Below, piece after piece: positions 9,992 through 18,745 of a stretch of DNA of 64,000 bases. Within the stretch, counting starts at the first letter, position 1. The number at the start of each line of letters is the position of its first letter. Made by a program: the position numbers and the translations under genes. Location: contig JAZRXL010000040.1 of the NCBI GenBank assembly GCA_045600225.1, positions 2,733-66,732 on the forward strand, read 5' to 3'. The DNA comes from Paludibacteraceae bacterium (GTDB lineage Bacteria > Bacteroidota > Bacteroidia > Bacteroidales > Paludibacteraceae). The notes beneath the pieces are model-generated. The model was not told the origin of the DNA and made no database searches. It saw nothing but the letters and a program-made list of their open reading frames with translations.

Positions 9992-11710
9992 CTATTTGTC
10001 AAGAACAGCACGAATACTCAAGCCATAGTATCTCATATTGTGTACAATTTGAGCGTAATGACCTGCAGAACCTGGTTGCAACTTCATACTGCCTGCAACA
10101 ATGGTACTCTCTTCCGACATGTCATTGGCCCAATAATATCCATATACTCCTACATAGTTATTGGTCGAAGTAGTACCAGTCATAGATGAACCTGCAGGGA
10201 AATATAACTTATTTCCGTTAGGTCCTACTGCAATATAAAGGTGGTTTGTTTCATCTCTTTCCCAAGTACACTCTTTTATCAACTCTTCAAAGTCAGCAAT
10301 AGAAGGCATGTGCCACTGACCACCCATCTTTACTCGTGCCACATCATCCGTCAAAGACAAGGATGTTTTCTTGTCAGACGAATTATATTTGCTATATTCT
10401 CCCTTTGCTGAATCGTAAGAGTAAGCATAGTTTGATCGAGAGAAATCTGCATCTTTATCTTTTCCCGTATTGGTAGTTTCTCCCCATGAGAAATACTCTC
10501 CGTAGTCAGATGGCGAACTTGCACCTATATTCGCAGTTGCCCACTTCTTTCCACTTTTCAATCCTAGATCCACATACGCGTAACCATTGTAACGGCATGC
10601 GTTTGATGCATCGTCAATCTCTGCCTGAAGCCTTTCGTTCTCTGATTTCAACTTTGCATTTTCATCAGTCAAACTCTCGTTCTTTGTTTTTAGTTCCGAG
10701 CCCTCCGATTTCAACTGCTCATTTTCACTAGTCAAACTCTCATTCTTTGTTTTCAATTCTGAGTTCTCCGATTTCAACTTTGTATTTTCACTAGTCAGAC
10801 TCTCATTTTTTGTTTTTAGTTCCGAGTTCTCTGGCTTCAATTGGTCATTCTCTGCTGTCAACGTAGAAATTTGCTTCTCGTATTCTGATTTGATCTGCTC
10901 GACTTCAGCAGATGATGTGCAATCATCATTTCCATACAGATCTTTTTCTGAAAATACCGGACGAACCATCATACCTATGTATTCCCAACCTTTCGTATCG
11001 TCAACTCCAGAAAACAAGCCTTTTGTCGTATATGAGTACGCAATATTTAAAGCATAACATTGGGTTGATGTCCAGTACATTCCGCATGGGAATTCGTCAT
11101 AGTGTTTAATTTTAGGATTTTCTTCATCATCTTGTGGGGTATAAAAAGGGAAGAAGATAGAATTTCCGTTGATTTTAGATGTGTACAAGAATCCAGAAAC
11201 CGATGACCCGTTGTAATTTTCGATCCACTCTTCAACACAATTATACATCAACTCTTCAAACTCTTCCTTCGTAGGCATTCTCCATGGTTTATCCAACGCA
11301 CGTCTTGCATGATCACTCTTTCCTACCAATATTCCATTCTCAATATTAGGTTCGCCATGTGTTGAACAATAGTTAGCCTTATTGAACTTTCCTTCATGCG
11401 CCCAATTTTCTCCCCAAGCATACAATGTTCCTTTTTCGTAAGGACGAGAGGCCCACAGGTTACTAACTGCCCACTTCACACTTAATCCTAAATCCACATA
11501 CCCCCATTGATCCAAGACAAATCCATTAGAGTCTTTACGCGGAACAAATCCTGTATAACTTGAACCTTCTTCGTAGGTAACACGTTTTACATTTTCCACA
11601 GAGAAAGTGACCTTCGTATTGTCAGAATTCTCTACTACCATCTGCGTATTAGCGGCAAACGCATTTACCAATGCAAATATCGCCAACACCGACATCACAA
11701 TTTTTTTCAT
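9992..11710 (-). CDS. Secreted protein with two FISUMP/DUF1566-like lectin-type domains joined by a repetitive coiled coil
   Basis: Signal peptide MKKIVMSVLAIFALVNAFA. Two copies of the pattern (V/K)KWAxxN(L/I)...Y(A/F)(A/S)WGE...W(R/H)MP(T/S)xx(E/D)FEEL...YW. Central ENSELKTKNESLTSEN repeats. Confidence 0.65.
   Translation of the reverse strand: MKKIVMSVLAIFALVNAFAANTQMVVENSDNTKVTFSVENVKRVTYEEGSSYTGFVPRKDSNGFVLDQWGYVDLGLSVKWAVSNLWASRPYEKGTLYAWGENWAHEGKFNKANYCSTHGEPNIENGILVGKSDHARRALDKPWRMPTKEEFEELMYNCVEEWIENYNGSSVSGFLYTSKINGNSIFFPFYTPQDDEENPKIKHYDEFPCGMYWTSTQCYALNIAYSYTTKGLFSGVDDTKGWEYIGMMVRPVFSEKDLYGNDDCTSSAEVEQIKSEYEKQISTLTAENDQLKPENSELKTKNESLTSENTKLKSENSELKTKNESLTSENEQLKSEGSELKTKNESLTDENAKLKSENERLQAEIDDASNACRYNGYAYVDLGLKSGKKWATANIGASSPSDYGEYFSWGETTNTGKDKDADFSRSNYAYSYDSAKGEYSKYNSSDKKTSLSLTDDVARVKMGGQWHMPSIADFEELIKECTWERDETNHLYIAVGPNGNKLYFPAGSSMTGTTSTNNYVGVYGYYWANDMSEESTIVAGSMKLQPGSAGHYAQIVHNMRYYGLSIRAVLDK
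10643..10831 (-). repeat. 3 x 63-bp in-frame tandem repeat (21-aa ENSELKTKNESLTSENxxLKS units)
   Basis: Read directly: units at 10769..10831, 10706..10768 and 10643..10705, with degenerate partial units flanking them. Confidence 0.85.
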
Positions 11711-11730
11711 TATCTTATCTTTTAATTTTA

Positions 11731-12204
11731 TTATTTACGAACGATTTTGAATGATAGAGTACCTATAGTCAAAACATAGACTCCCTTAGCCGATGGCAAT
11801 TGTAGTGTTGCTTCTCCTTCTGCGTTTGCCTCTACCAATGCCAACGTAATTCCATTCACACTGAACAATGCGATCTTCTCCGACGCTTTTACATTTTTTA
11901 TATTCACAATGTCTTCTTCCACATAAAACAAAACAGGGGCATCGCCAGAAACAATTTCCGACTTCACTGATCCTTGTGTTTCTTCTGTGAAACGATACTC
12001 CTTCACATCTGCAAAGGCATAAGATGTAGATGACTTCCCATTCACAACAAGTTGTGACTCATTGTAGGTAATCACAGGTTTTTCCGACAAGGCGAAATCA
12101 ATTGTCTTGCCAGACTTTAACTCAATCGTCATGTATGTTGTAGCCTGACTAGCCGACAAACATCCACCCAAAAGAGTTAAAGCTAATAAATGTTTGAAAT
12201 TCAT
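11731..12204 (-). CDS. Small secreted protein with a T9SS type A (Por) C-terminal sorting domain
   Basis: 157 aa. Signal MNFKHLLALTLLGGCLSASQA. C-terminus IALFSVNGITLALVEANAEGEATLQLPSAKGVYVLTIGTLSFKIVRK fits the Por secretion tail pattern. The stop lies 20 nt before the 572-aa gene's ATG, so the two look like one operon. Confidence 0.7.
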   Translation of the reverse strand: MNFKHLLALTLLGGCLSASQATTYMTIELKSGKTIDFALSEKPVITYNESQLVVNGKSSTSYAFADVKEYRFTEETQGSVKSEIVSGDAPVLFYVEEDIVNIKNVKASEKIALFSVNGITLALVEANAEGEATLQLPSAKGVYVLTIGTLSFKIVRK

Positions 12205-12247
12205 ATTTATAAATTTATGACTTATAATTTCTAATTTTTTTCGGTTG

Positions 12248-12255
12248 CAAAAATA
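12248..12255 (-). promoter_or_regulatory. -7 box TATTTTTG for the 157-aa/572-aa operon
   Basis: Plus-strand CAAAAATA is the reverse complement of TAnnTTTG, 44 nt upstream of the ATG at 12204. Confidence 0.5.
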
Positions 12256-12287
12256 ACAAAAAATCCTATAAAATTACCCGGCATTTC

Positions 12288-12301
12288 TTGATTTACATCA
12301 A
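12288..12301. promoter_or_regulatory. Perfect FNR-type palindrome TTGAT-TTAC-ATCAA
   Basis: Read directly. It lies 32 nt upstream of the -7 box, and a homologous site exists at 18790..18803. Confidence 0.5.
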
Positions 12302-12342
12302 ACAGTCAAAGACATTGCCACCGATTATACATAGGTATATTT

Positions 12343-12425
12343 CCCGTGGGCGTTACCATGGGCGAATGCAATTCGGTCCAATTGTGTACATTGTTTGCCA
12401 CGGGCGAATGCAATTCACCCCTACC
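12343..12425 (-). repeat. Two degenerate copies of the 42-bp hairpin unit (GGGCGAATGCAATTC...)
   Basis: ccatgggcgaatgcaattcggtcc and gccacgggcgaatgcaattcacccctac. The TAG stop of the 1304-aa gene (12421..12423) lies in the CCCCTAC part of the unit. Confidence 0.8.
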
Positions 12426-15400
12426 TAATTAACGCAAAATGTCCCGTATATTCCCTATCGATTTCTCTCAATTGGATGACATACCAATAATCTGTACTTG
12501 GCATCGGATGTCCGTTATAGGTTCCGTCCCAACCGTCGAACTCGTTATCTATCTCTATCAATAGTTTTCCGAAACGGTCGTAGATACTGACGGTATAGTA
12601 GTTGTAATAGTCCAAATTCTCCACCTCCCATAGGTCATTGACTCCGTCTCCATCTGGAGTCATTATCTCTGCCGGAATAATCTGAACCGCCAAAGAGACC
12701 ACCGAGTCTGCCTGACAGCCCTTTGAATCCATCACCTTCACCAACATCGGCGCTGGAGAGAACTTGGTAGGATAGGTATTCTCCATCTGCCATGGTTCTG
12801 TTCTCCAGAAATATTGGTAACCTGGCGTTCCTCCACTCACCTCCATCGCCAACCATTGGAACGCATCCTCATAGTAGACCGTATCGATCCGAGGATTCTC
12901 CAACACGGCAACTTCCACCGTAAACGAATCTTCACACACCTCGTCTGTCACGTTCACCCTGTAGGTTATATCCGCCACGCCCGCCATGGACGGAGTACTC
13001 TCATTCGTTGAGCTTAGATATGCCGACGGTGTCCACGTATAGTGCAGATTCTCGCAACAGTTTGGCTTGAATCGATAGGTTTCTCCTTCGCATATCTCTA
13101 CCGACACCTGCTCTTCCAATCCAAACTTCGGACGGGTATCTATACGCAACATTCGGATCGTATCATCCTTCAACGTACTCTCGTCGGTATAGTAGCCGTC
13201 ACCAATGTAGCTTCCGCCTCGCCAATCTACATAATGGTCGGGACATGGATCCACAAACAACGTGTCGTAGGTAAAGACATGCAGACTCAAATGCAACAGA
13301 CTATCGCAACCATAGATGGTTTGCTTCAAAAGTTCGTGCGTATAGTCACCCACATCCTTGTGAGTCAGGTTGAAGCCATGACGGGTAAAGAGGTCATTCA
13401 CCTTGACCGTATCGATCAAATAAGTATCCTTGGTCTCATGGACCGTCAACTGCAACGTCACGATACTATCACAGCCATGGATCGTCTTCAACTCATCCAC
13501 ATACGTACCAGCCACCGTATATGGTTTGCCTCCAAAGATAAACTCTTCTCCGTCGCAGATTGTATCGTGTACAGTTACATGGAAGGTATCATGCACAGTC
13601 AAATACAACGTCACAATGCTATCACAACCATAAATGGTCTTTAGTTCGTCAACATAGCTACCTGCCTTCGTGTAAGGATTGCCTCCGAAGATATATTCAT
13701 CTCCGTTGCAGATAGTGTCATAAACAGATACATGGAAGGTATCGTTTACAGTCAAATGCAACGTCACAATGCTATCGCAACCATAAATGGTCTTTAGTTC
13801 GTCAACATAGCTACCTGCCTTCGTGTAAGGTTTGCCTCCGAAAATATATTCATCTCCATTACAGATTGTATCCTTTACCGTCACATGGAAGGTATCATGG
13901 ACTGTCAACTGCAACGTCACGATACTGTCGCAGCCGTGGATCGTTTTCAACTCATCTACATACGTACCTGCCACTGTATATGGCTTGCCTCCGAAGATAT
14001 ACTCGTCTCCATCACAGATTGTATCGAGTACGGTTATATGGAAGGTATCATGCACCGTCAAGTACAACGTCACGATACTGTCACAACCATGGATGGTCTT
14101 CAGTTCGTCCACATAGCTTCCTGCTACTGTGTATGGATTTCCTCCGAAGATATATTTCTCTCCGTTGCAGATGGTATCATAGACAGAGACGTGGAAAGTG
14201 TCGTGCACCGTCAAGTACAAGGTGACGATACTGTCGCAACCATAAATCGTTTTCAGTTCGTCAACATATTTGCCAGACGTCTTATAGGTCTTTCCACCAA
14301 AGATGTATCGCTCTCCGTTGCAGATCGTATCATAGACTGAGACGTGGAAGGTATCGTTCACCGTCAAATGTAACGTCACAATACTATCACAACCATAGAT
14401 GGTCTTCAGTTCATCTACATATTTGCCTGATGTCTTATAAGTTTTTCCACCAAAGATGTATCGCTCTCCATTGCAGATAGTGTCATAAACAGACACGTGG
14501 AACGTATCATGCACAGTCAAATACAACGTCACAATACTATCGCAACCATAAATGGTCTTTAGTTCGTCAACATAGCTACCTGCCTTTGTGTAAGGTTTGC
14601 CTCCGAAGATATATTCATCTCCGTTGCAAATAGTGTCATAAACAGACACATGGAAGGTATCGTTCACCGTCAAATGCAACGTCACAATACTATCGCAACC
14701 ATAAATGGTCTTCAATTCATCTACATATTTGCCCGACTTTTTATAAGTCTTTCCGCCAAAGATGTATTGTTCTCCATTGCAGATGGTGTCATAGACTGAG
14801 ACGTGGAAGGTGTCCAATACGACCAACTCCAAGGTGACGATACTATCTCGTCCTGTGACAGACTTCAACTCATCCACGTAGGTATCCGCTTCAGTCAATT
14901 TCTTTCCTCCAAACAGATACTCTTCTCCCCTACAGATGGAGTCTACGATGGTCGTATCCAGTGGACCCAAAACATTCAGCGTCAGGCGTACTAGACTATC
15001 GCAACCGGCAGCTGTCTTGAGCGACAACTCATGCACATCGCTCGTAGTCTGGGAAGGCAGGTTGAATCCATGCTTCTTGTAGGTCTCTCCCATGCCAACA
15101 GAATCCATGATACCGACTTGATAGGTGGTGTCGACAGTCAGTGCCAACACTGTGGTATGTTTGCATCCGTTGCTACCCGTTGTCTCCACGCTATAGTAGT
15201 TCAGTCCGCAAGAGAGTCCGGCAGGAAGATCGAAGCCATGGCGTCCATACTCCTCCGTCTGGCAGATACGATCGCGCACAGTATCGCGGGTAAGTGGTAG
15301 GACATTCAAGGCAAGTGTCACCGTACTGTCGCATCCGAAAGCTGTGTTCAGATAGGCAGTGTCTTTGTAGACTCCCGCCGCCGTTGCCTTGATGGCGAAG

Positions 15401-16335
15401 CCGTTTTTATTGTAGTATTCCCCTTGGCAGACCTTGTCGGTCAGATTCGTCTTCTTATTGGGCATCACCACCAGTTGGAGGGTTGTGGTGACATCACACT
15501 CACCATTCTCACCTTTCAGTGTCTTTTTGTAGGTTCCGCTCCTTGTCGCCGAGAAACCGAACTTCTCGTAGGTATATCCTTCACAGATGGTATCCTTGAT
15601 AACGGTTGGTGTGGAGGTATTGACAATGATGGTCTTCTCAGCCTTAGCCTGACAGCCATAGTTGTTGGTAGCAGTCACCTCGTAGGTAAAGGTTTTCTTT
15701 GCCTCCTCCACAATCACGCGGCTAGTAGCACCTGTGTTCCACTCATAGGAGATGGTCTCGTCGTACTCTGTATCATCAAAATCTTTTACCAAGAAGAATG
15801 AATTTTTCTCCCTTTGACTTACCGGCTCGAATATTTTCCAAGTTTGAGTATAGCACCAATTATAGCCACTCCCCGCCTCCGTACTCGTTTGAAAGTCATA
15901 ATGTCCGAAAAGGAAATCAGCACTACCTCCCAAATAACCACGGTTGGCCAGCAAATGAAATATTTGCCCAACGGAAGGAACATACCAACCATTCTTGAGT
16001 GATGAAAAATAGGGGTATGCATTTTCATCCCCAGCCTCACGTAATGTCATCGAATTACCATACCCATCAAGATCACCCATCGCTTCTTCTAACGTTTCAT
16101 AATCAGGTAAGGGGCTATTATTATTTTCCCTATTAGAGAAAGCCGCTTTCACAATAGGTTGCTGATCATTGAAGACCCATCCGCTATTGCCATCTTCACT
16201 AAGATAAAAAATAATACCAGATTCACCATTTTCAAAGAAATATCGCTCTCCTAAAAAATGTCTCGCATTCATAGAGGAACAAATGAACCATAAACTAATG
16301 ACAAGGGCAATATGCTTACAATATGATTTGCTCAT
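12421..16335 (-). CDS. Large repetitive surface protein with an N-terminal DUF1566-like domain, about 15 Cys-containing 51-aa modules and a T9SS type B C-terminal domain
   Basis: 1304 aa with a signal-like N-terminus. GIIFYLSEDGNSGW...NGWYVPSVGQIFHLLAN. Repeats DTxCxGxxYxFGGxxYxxxGxYVDELKTIxGCDSIVTLxLTV. C-terminus IPAEIMTPDGDGVNDLWEV...IYDRFGKLL...WDGTYNG...YWYVI is the type B CTD pattern. Confidence 0.85.
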   Translation of the reverse strand: MSKSYCKHIALVISLWFICSSMNARHFLGERYFFENGESGIIFYLSEDGNSGWVFNDQQPIVKAAFSNRENNNSPLPDYETLEEAMGDLDGYGNSMTLREAGDENAYPYFSSLKNGWYVPSVGQIFHLLANRGYLGGSADFLFGHYDFQTSTEAGSGYNWCYTQTWKIFEPVSQREKNSFFLVKDFDDTEYDETISYEWNTGATSRVIVEEAKKTFTYEVTATNNYGCQAKAEKTIIVNTSTPTVIKDTICEGYTYEKFGFSATRSGTYKKTLKGENGECDVTTTLQLVVMPNKKTNLTDKVCQGEYYNKNGFAIKATAAGVYKDTAYLNTAFGCDSTVTLALNVLPLTRDTVRDRICQTEEYGRHGFDLPAGLSCGLNYYSVETTGSNGCKHTTVLALTVDTTYQVGIMDSVGMGETYKKHGFNLPSQTTSDVHELSLKTAAGCDSLVRLTLNVLGPLDTTIVDSICRGEEYLFGGKKLTEADTYVDELKSVTGRDSIVTLELVVLDTFHVSVYDTICNGEQYIFGGKTYKKSGKYVDELKTIYGCDSIVTLHLTVNDTFHVSVYDTICNGDEYIFGGKPYTKAGSYVDELKTIYGCDSIVTLYLTVHDTFHVSVYDTICNGERYIFGGKTYKTSGKYVDELKTIYGCDSIVTLHLTVNDTFHVSVYDTICNGERYIFGGKTYKTSGKYVDELKTIYGCDSIVTLYLTVHDTFHVSVYDTICNGEKYIFGGNPYTVAGSYVDELKTIHGCDSIVTLYLTVHDTFHITVLDTICDGDEYIFGGKPYTVAGTYVDELKTIHGCDSIVTLQLTVHDTFHVTVKDTICNGDEYIFGGKPYTKAGSYVDELKTIYGCDSIVTLHLTVNDTFHVSVYDTICNGDEYIFGGNPYTKAGSYVDELKTIYGCDSIVTLYLTVHDTFHVTVHDTICDGEEFIFGGKPYTVAGTYVDELKTIHGCDSIVTLQLTVHETKDTYLIDTVKVNDLFTRHGFNLTHKDVGDYTHELLKQTIYGCDSLLHLSLHVFTYDTLFVDPCPDHYVDWRGGSYIGDGYYTDESTLKDDTIRMLRIDTRPKFGLEEQVSVEICEGETYRFKPNCCENLHYTWTPSAYLSSTNESTPSMAGVADITYRVNVTDEVCEDSFTVEVAVLENPRIDTVYYEDAFQWLAMEVSGGTPGYQYFWRTEPWQMENTYPTKFSPAPMLVKVMDSKGCQADSVVSLAVQIIPAEIMTPDGDGVNDLWEVENLDYYNYYTVSIYDRFGKLLIEIDNEFDGWDGTYNGHPMPSTDYWYVIQLREIDREYTGHFALIR
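13438..14814 (-). repeat. 9 x 153-bp near-identical in-frame tandem repeats
   Basis: 1377 bp = 9 x 153. Each unit encodes DTFH(V/I)(S/T)V.DTIC(N/D)G..(Y/F)IFGG..Y....G.YVDELKTI(Y/H)GCDSIVTL.LTV(N/H). Confidence 0.95.
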
Positions 16336-16338
16336 TTC

Positions 16339-18666
16339 TCAAAAATGTTTAAATTGACGAATGGTTAAAGGAACAGCATCCCCAAATAAAAAAGTATGGA
16401 AATTAGGAATATTTAGATAATGAAAATAAGAAGTATTTGGAGTAATGCTCGAGGCCATAAAATAGTTTTCCGAATCCACATACATTTCACCACCTATCAT
16501 AGATAATGATTGATTAATCTTAGATAAATTTGCCATAACCGAATACATTTCACCTACTGCTGGAACATACCAACCATTATCAAAATCAACATCTTCAAAT
16601 ATATGGTATTTCAGACTTTTATAATATATATTATTTTCAATAATCTCCTGTAAAGTTGAAGACATCTTCTCCCCATCATTAAACGCGTCATTAAATAACG
16701 GTGCCGTGACGAGACCACCATGTAGATAAGAAAAAACCCGTTCAATGTATGGATTTCCCATTCCAGGATAAACACTTTTTGTAAGATTTGTGATTGCTCC
16801 ATGTTCTCCCGTGTCATCCAAATAAACAACCACGCCTTCTGCAGTCTTGTTGCTTTTTGCAAATTCATCCGGATGGAGAATCGTTCCATCCGTACAATAA
16901 ATGTCTCCCACCTTTATTCTATCATCCTCCTTTTTCTCGTAATCCAAACCTCCCTTGGCTGTCAGTTTTATCTCCTTGCCTTCACAAAGAACAGAGTCGC
17001 CATCCAAGTCAATACGCACCTTCACCTCGGGTGCCACTACAAGACTCAACACCACCAAACTATCACAACCATAGACGGTCTGCAAGTTTTTATTTCGAAC
17101 GATTTTTCCCTCCTCGCTAAGCGTTCCCAAATTAAAACCATACTTCGAGTATTTTGTACCAATACAAACCGTATCGAAATAAACCTTTTTGTAATTCTCG
17201 TGTACATTTAACTTGACACTTTGCGTTTTGGAGTTACATCCATTACCCGCAGTCAACGAAATTGTTTTTGTACCACTATCCTCGAAATCGAGACTCAATG
17301 TAGGCGAATATGAAACATGTTCAACGCCACCTTCCTTCCACTTCCACTGATAAGTAGAAAGATCCTCACCACCCTTAGCAATGAACACAGCAGGCTCTCC
17401 TTCACAAACATTCAAAGGTCCCTCTATCGTAGGAAAAACGGGTAGTTGACTCACAGTCAGACGTAACGTATAATATTGAGGATAACTCTCTCTACATGTT
17501 GTACACGGCAACGTGTCATAATAAGTTCCGACTGCAGGTTTGATGTATCTAAAACCATACTCTTCAAAACTTTCGCCCTCACAAATACCTTTTGAAATTT
17601 GAATATACGGTTTTTTACTATCCAACTTAATTCGTATCTTCTTCCCCACCTTAAAGGCACAAGTGGCAGGGTCGTAATAATTCATGATTACCTCCCTAGC
17701 TGCATCCGTAGGCAAAACAATTCCATCCACTTCATAAGAATCACCTGTCGTCACTGTCACCTCGTAATCTTCTGCTTTGATATTAGAAAGGGAGGTTATC
17801 ACTCCAACCAGCACGAACTCAGAGCCAGTAGCAGAACGGACAATACACGAAACAGAACTGTTCGTGGTATTCTTTGGAACTGTAGTGCTACGCTCCGTGG
17901 AACCGTTGCTCCACTTGTAAGAAGCAAAACCTTCTGGAGCTGAGAATGTCACTTTATCACTCTGACACCTTTCCACATAGAGTGTTTTCTCTATGCATTC
18001 TGCCGTAAAATAGGCGTATGCGAAATGCTCAAAAGCACCACAGTCGTAGGTGGAAATGCGTATTTGGACTTCTTGCCCCACTTTGGAAGATAAATCCACT
18101 CCCATGCTCGACCAATCACACCAAATAATACTGCTTCCCAGCTTTCCCTTTTGAGCAGATGTGTGAAAACCAGCGGCATTGGCGCTGGCATAGACGTCGT
18201 AACTAGAATTGTCATTGATCAATCTGCCACTCACATCCAACACCTGAAGGTTGAAGCGTGGCTGTTCGTCCTTGGCGTGCCCTGGATTCTCCATCACCAC
18301 CGCATAGCGTAGCTTCAATATAGGATTATCGGCATTCACCCTGAAATGGTAGACCAACACGTCTGTCTCGGCCTCAGCCAAATCATTGCCCAAGCGAACC
18401 ACACTCGTAGTTCCCTCTGGAAGCAACTTCAACTTGTTGTCTGTATAGGGATCTGTTCCTTGCGTGGAGATAACCGTGTGGCGACCCTCCACGACTCCCT
18501 TATCCTGCATCGGTTCCCAAGTACGACCGGTATATGCCTCTACATACGAGGCGCCCAAATTGGTCAAATCAGGACAACCATTATAGACCGTATATCCACT
18601 GGCCGAAAAAATAGTCGATAGTAATACTAATAAAACGAAAAACGTCCTTCTAAAATATGAAACCAT
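16339..18666 (-). CDS. Secreted protein with an N-terminal beta-rich domain, Cys-repeat modules and a C-terminal DUF1566-like domain; no recognisable T9SS CTD
   Basis: 775 aa. Signal MVSYFRRTFFVLLVLLSTIFSASG. Modules ICEGESFEEYGF... and VCIGTKYSKYGF...YGCDSLVVLSLVV. C-terminus EGVVVYLDDTGEHG...NGWYVPAVGEMYSVMAN. The stop is 3 nt before the 1304-aa gene's ATG. Confidence 0.75.
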   Translation of the reverse strand: MVSYFRRTFFVLLVLLSTIFSASGYTVYNGCPDLTNLGASYVEAYTGRTWEPMQDKGVVEGRHTVISTQGTDPYTDNKLKLLPEGTTSVVRLGNDLAEAETDVLVYHFRVNADNPILKLRYAVVMENPGHAKDEQPRFNLQVLDVSGRLINDNSSYDVYASANAAGFHTSAQKGKLGSSIIWCDWSSMGVDLSSKVGQEVQIRISTYDCGAFEHFAYAYFTAECIEKTLYVERCQSDKVTFSAPEGFASYKWSNGSTERSTTVPKNTTNSSVSCIVRSATGSEFVLVGVITSLSNIKAEDYEVTVTTGDSYEVDGIVLPTDAAREVIMNYYDPATCAFKVGKKIRIKLDSKKPYIQISKGICEGESFEEYGFRYIKPAVGTYYDTLPCTTCRESYPQYYTLRLTVSQLPVFPTIEGPLNVCEGEPAVFIAKGGEDLSTYQWKWKEGGVEHVSYSPTLSLDFEDSGTKTISLTAGNGCNSKTQSVKLNVHENYKKVYFDTVCIGTKYSKYGFNLGTLSEEGKIVRNKNLQTVYGCDSLVVLSLVVAPEVKVRIDLDGDSVLCEGKEIKLTAKGGLDYEKKEDDRIKVGDIYCTDGTILHPDEFAKSNKTAEGVVVYLDDTGEHGAITNLTKSVYPGMGNPYIERVFSYLHGGLVTAPLFNDAFNDGEKMSSTLQEIIENNIYYKSLKYHIFEDVDFDNGWYVPAVGEMYSVMANLSKINQSLSMIGGEMYVDSENYFMASSITPNTSYFHYLNIPNFHTFLFGDAVPLTIRQFKHF

Positions 18667-18745
18667 AAAATCTCTTTAAAATAGTGAGAAGTGAGACATG
18701 TGAAATGCAAAACGAGTAATTTCTGACTTCTATCTTTTTCAGTTA

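Noticed and set aside
13438-14814. Diversity-generating retroelement (template/variable repeat) as an explanation for the near-identical repeats
   Set aside because: There is no reverse transcriptase gene and no non-coding template copy in the window. The differences between units are not adenine-specific. The pattern fits tandem duplication and gene conversion.
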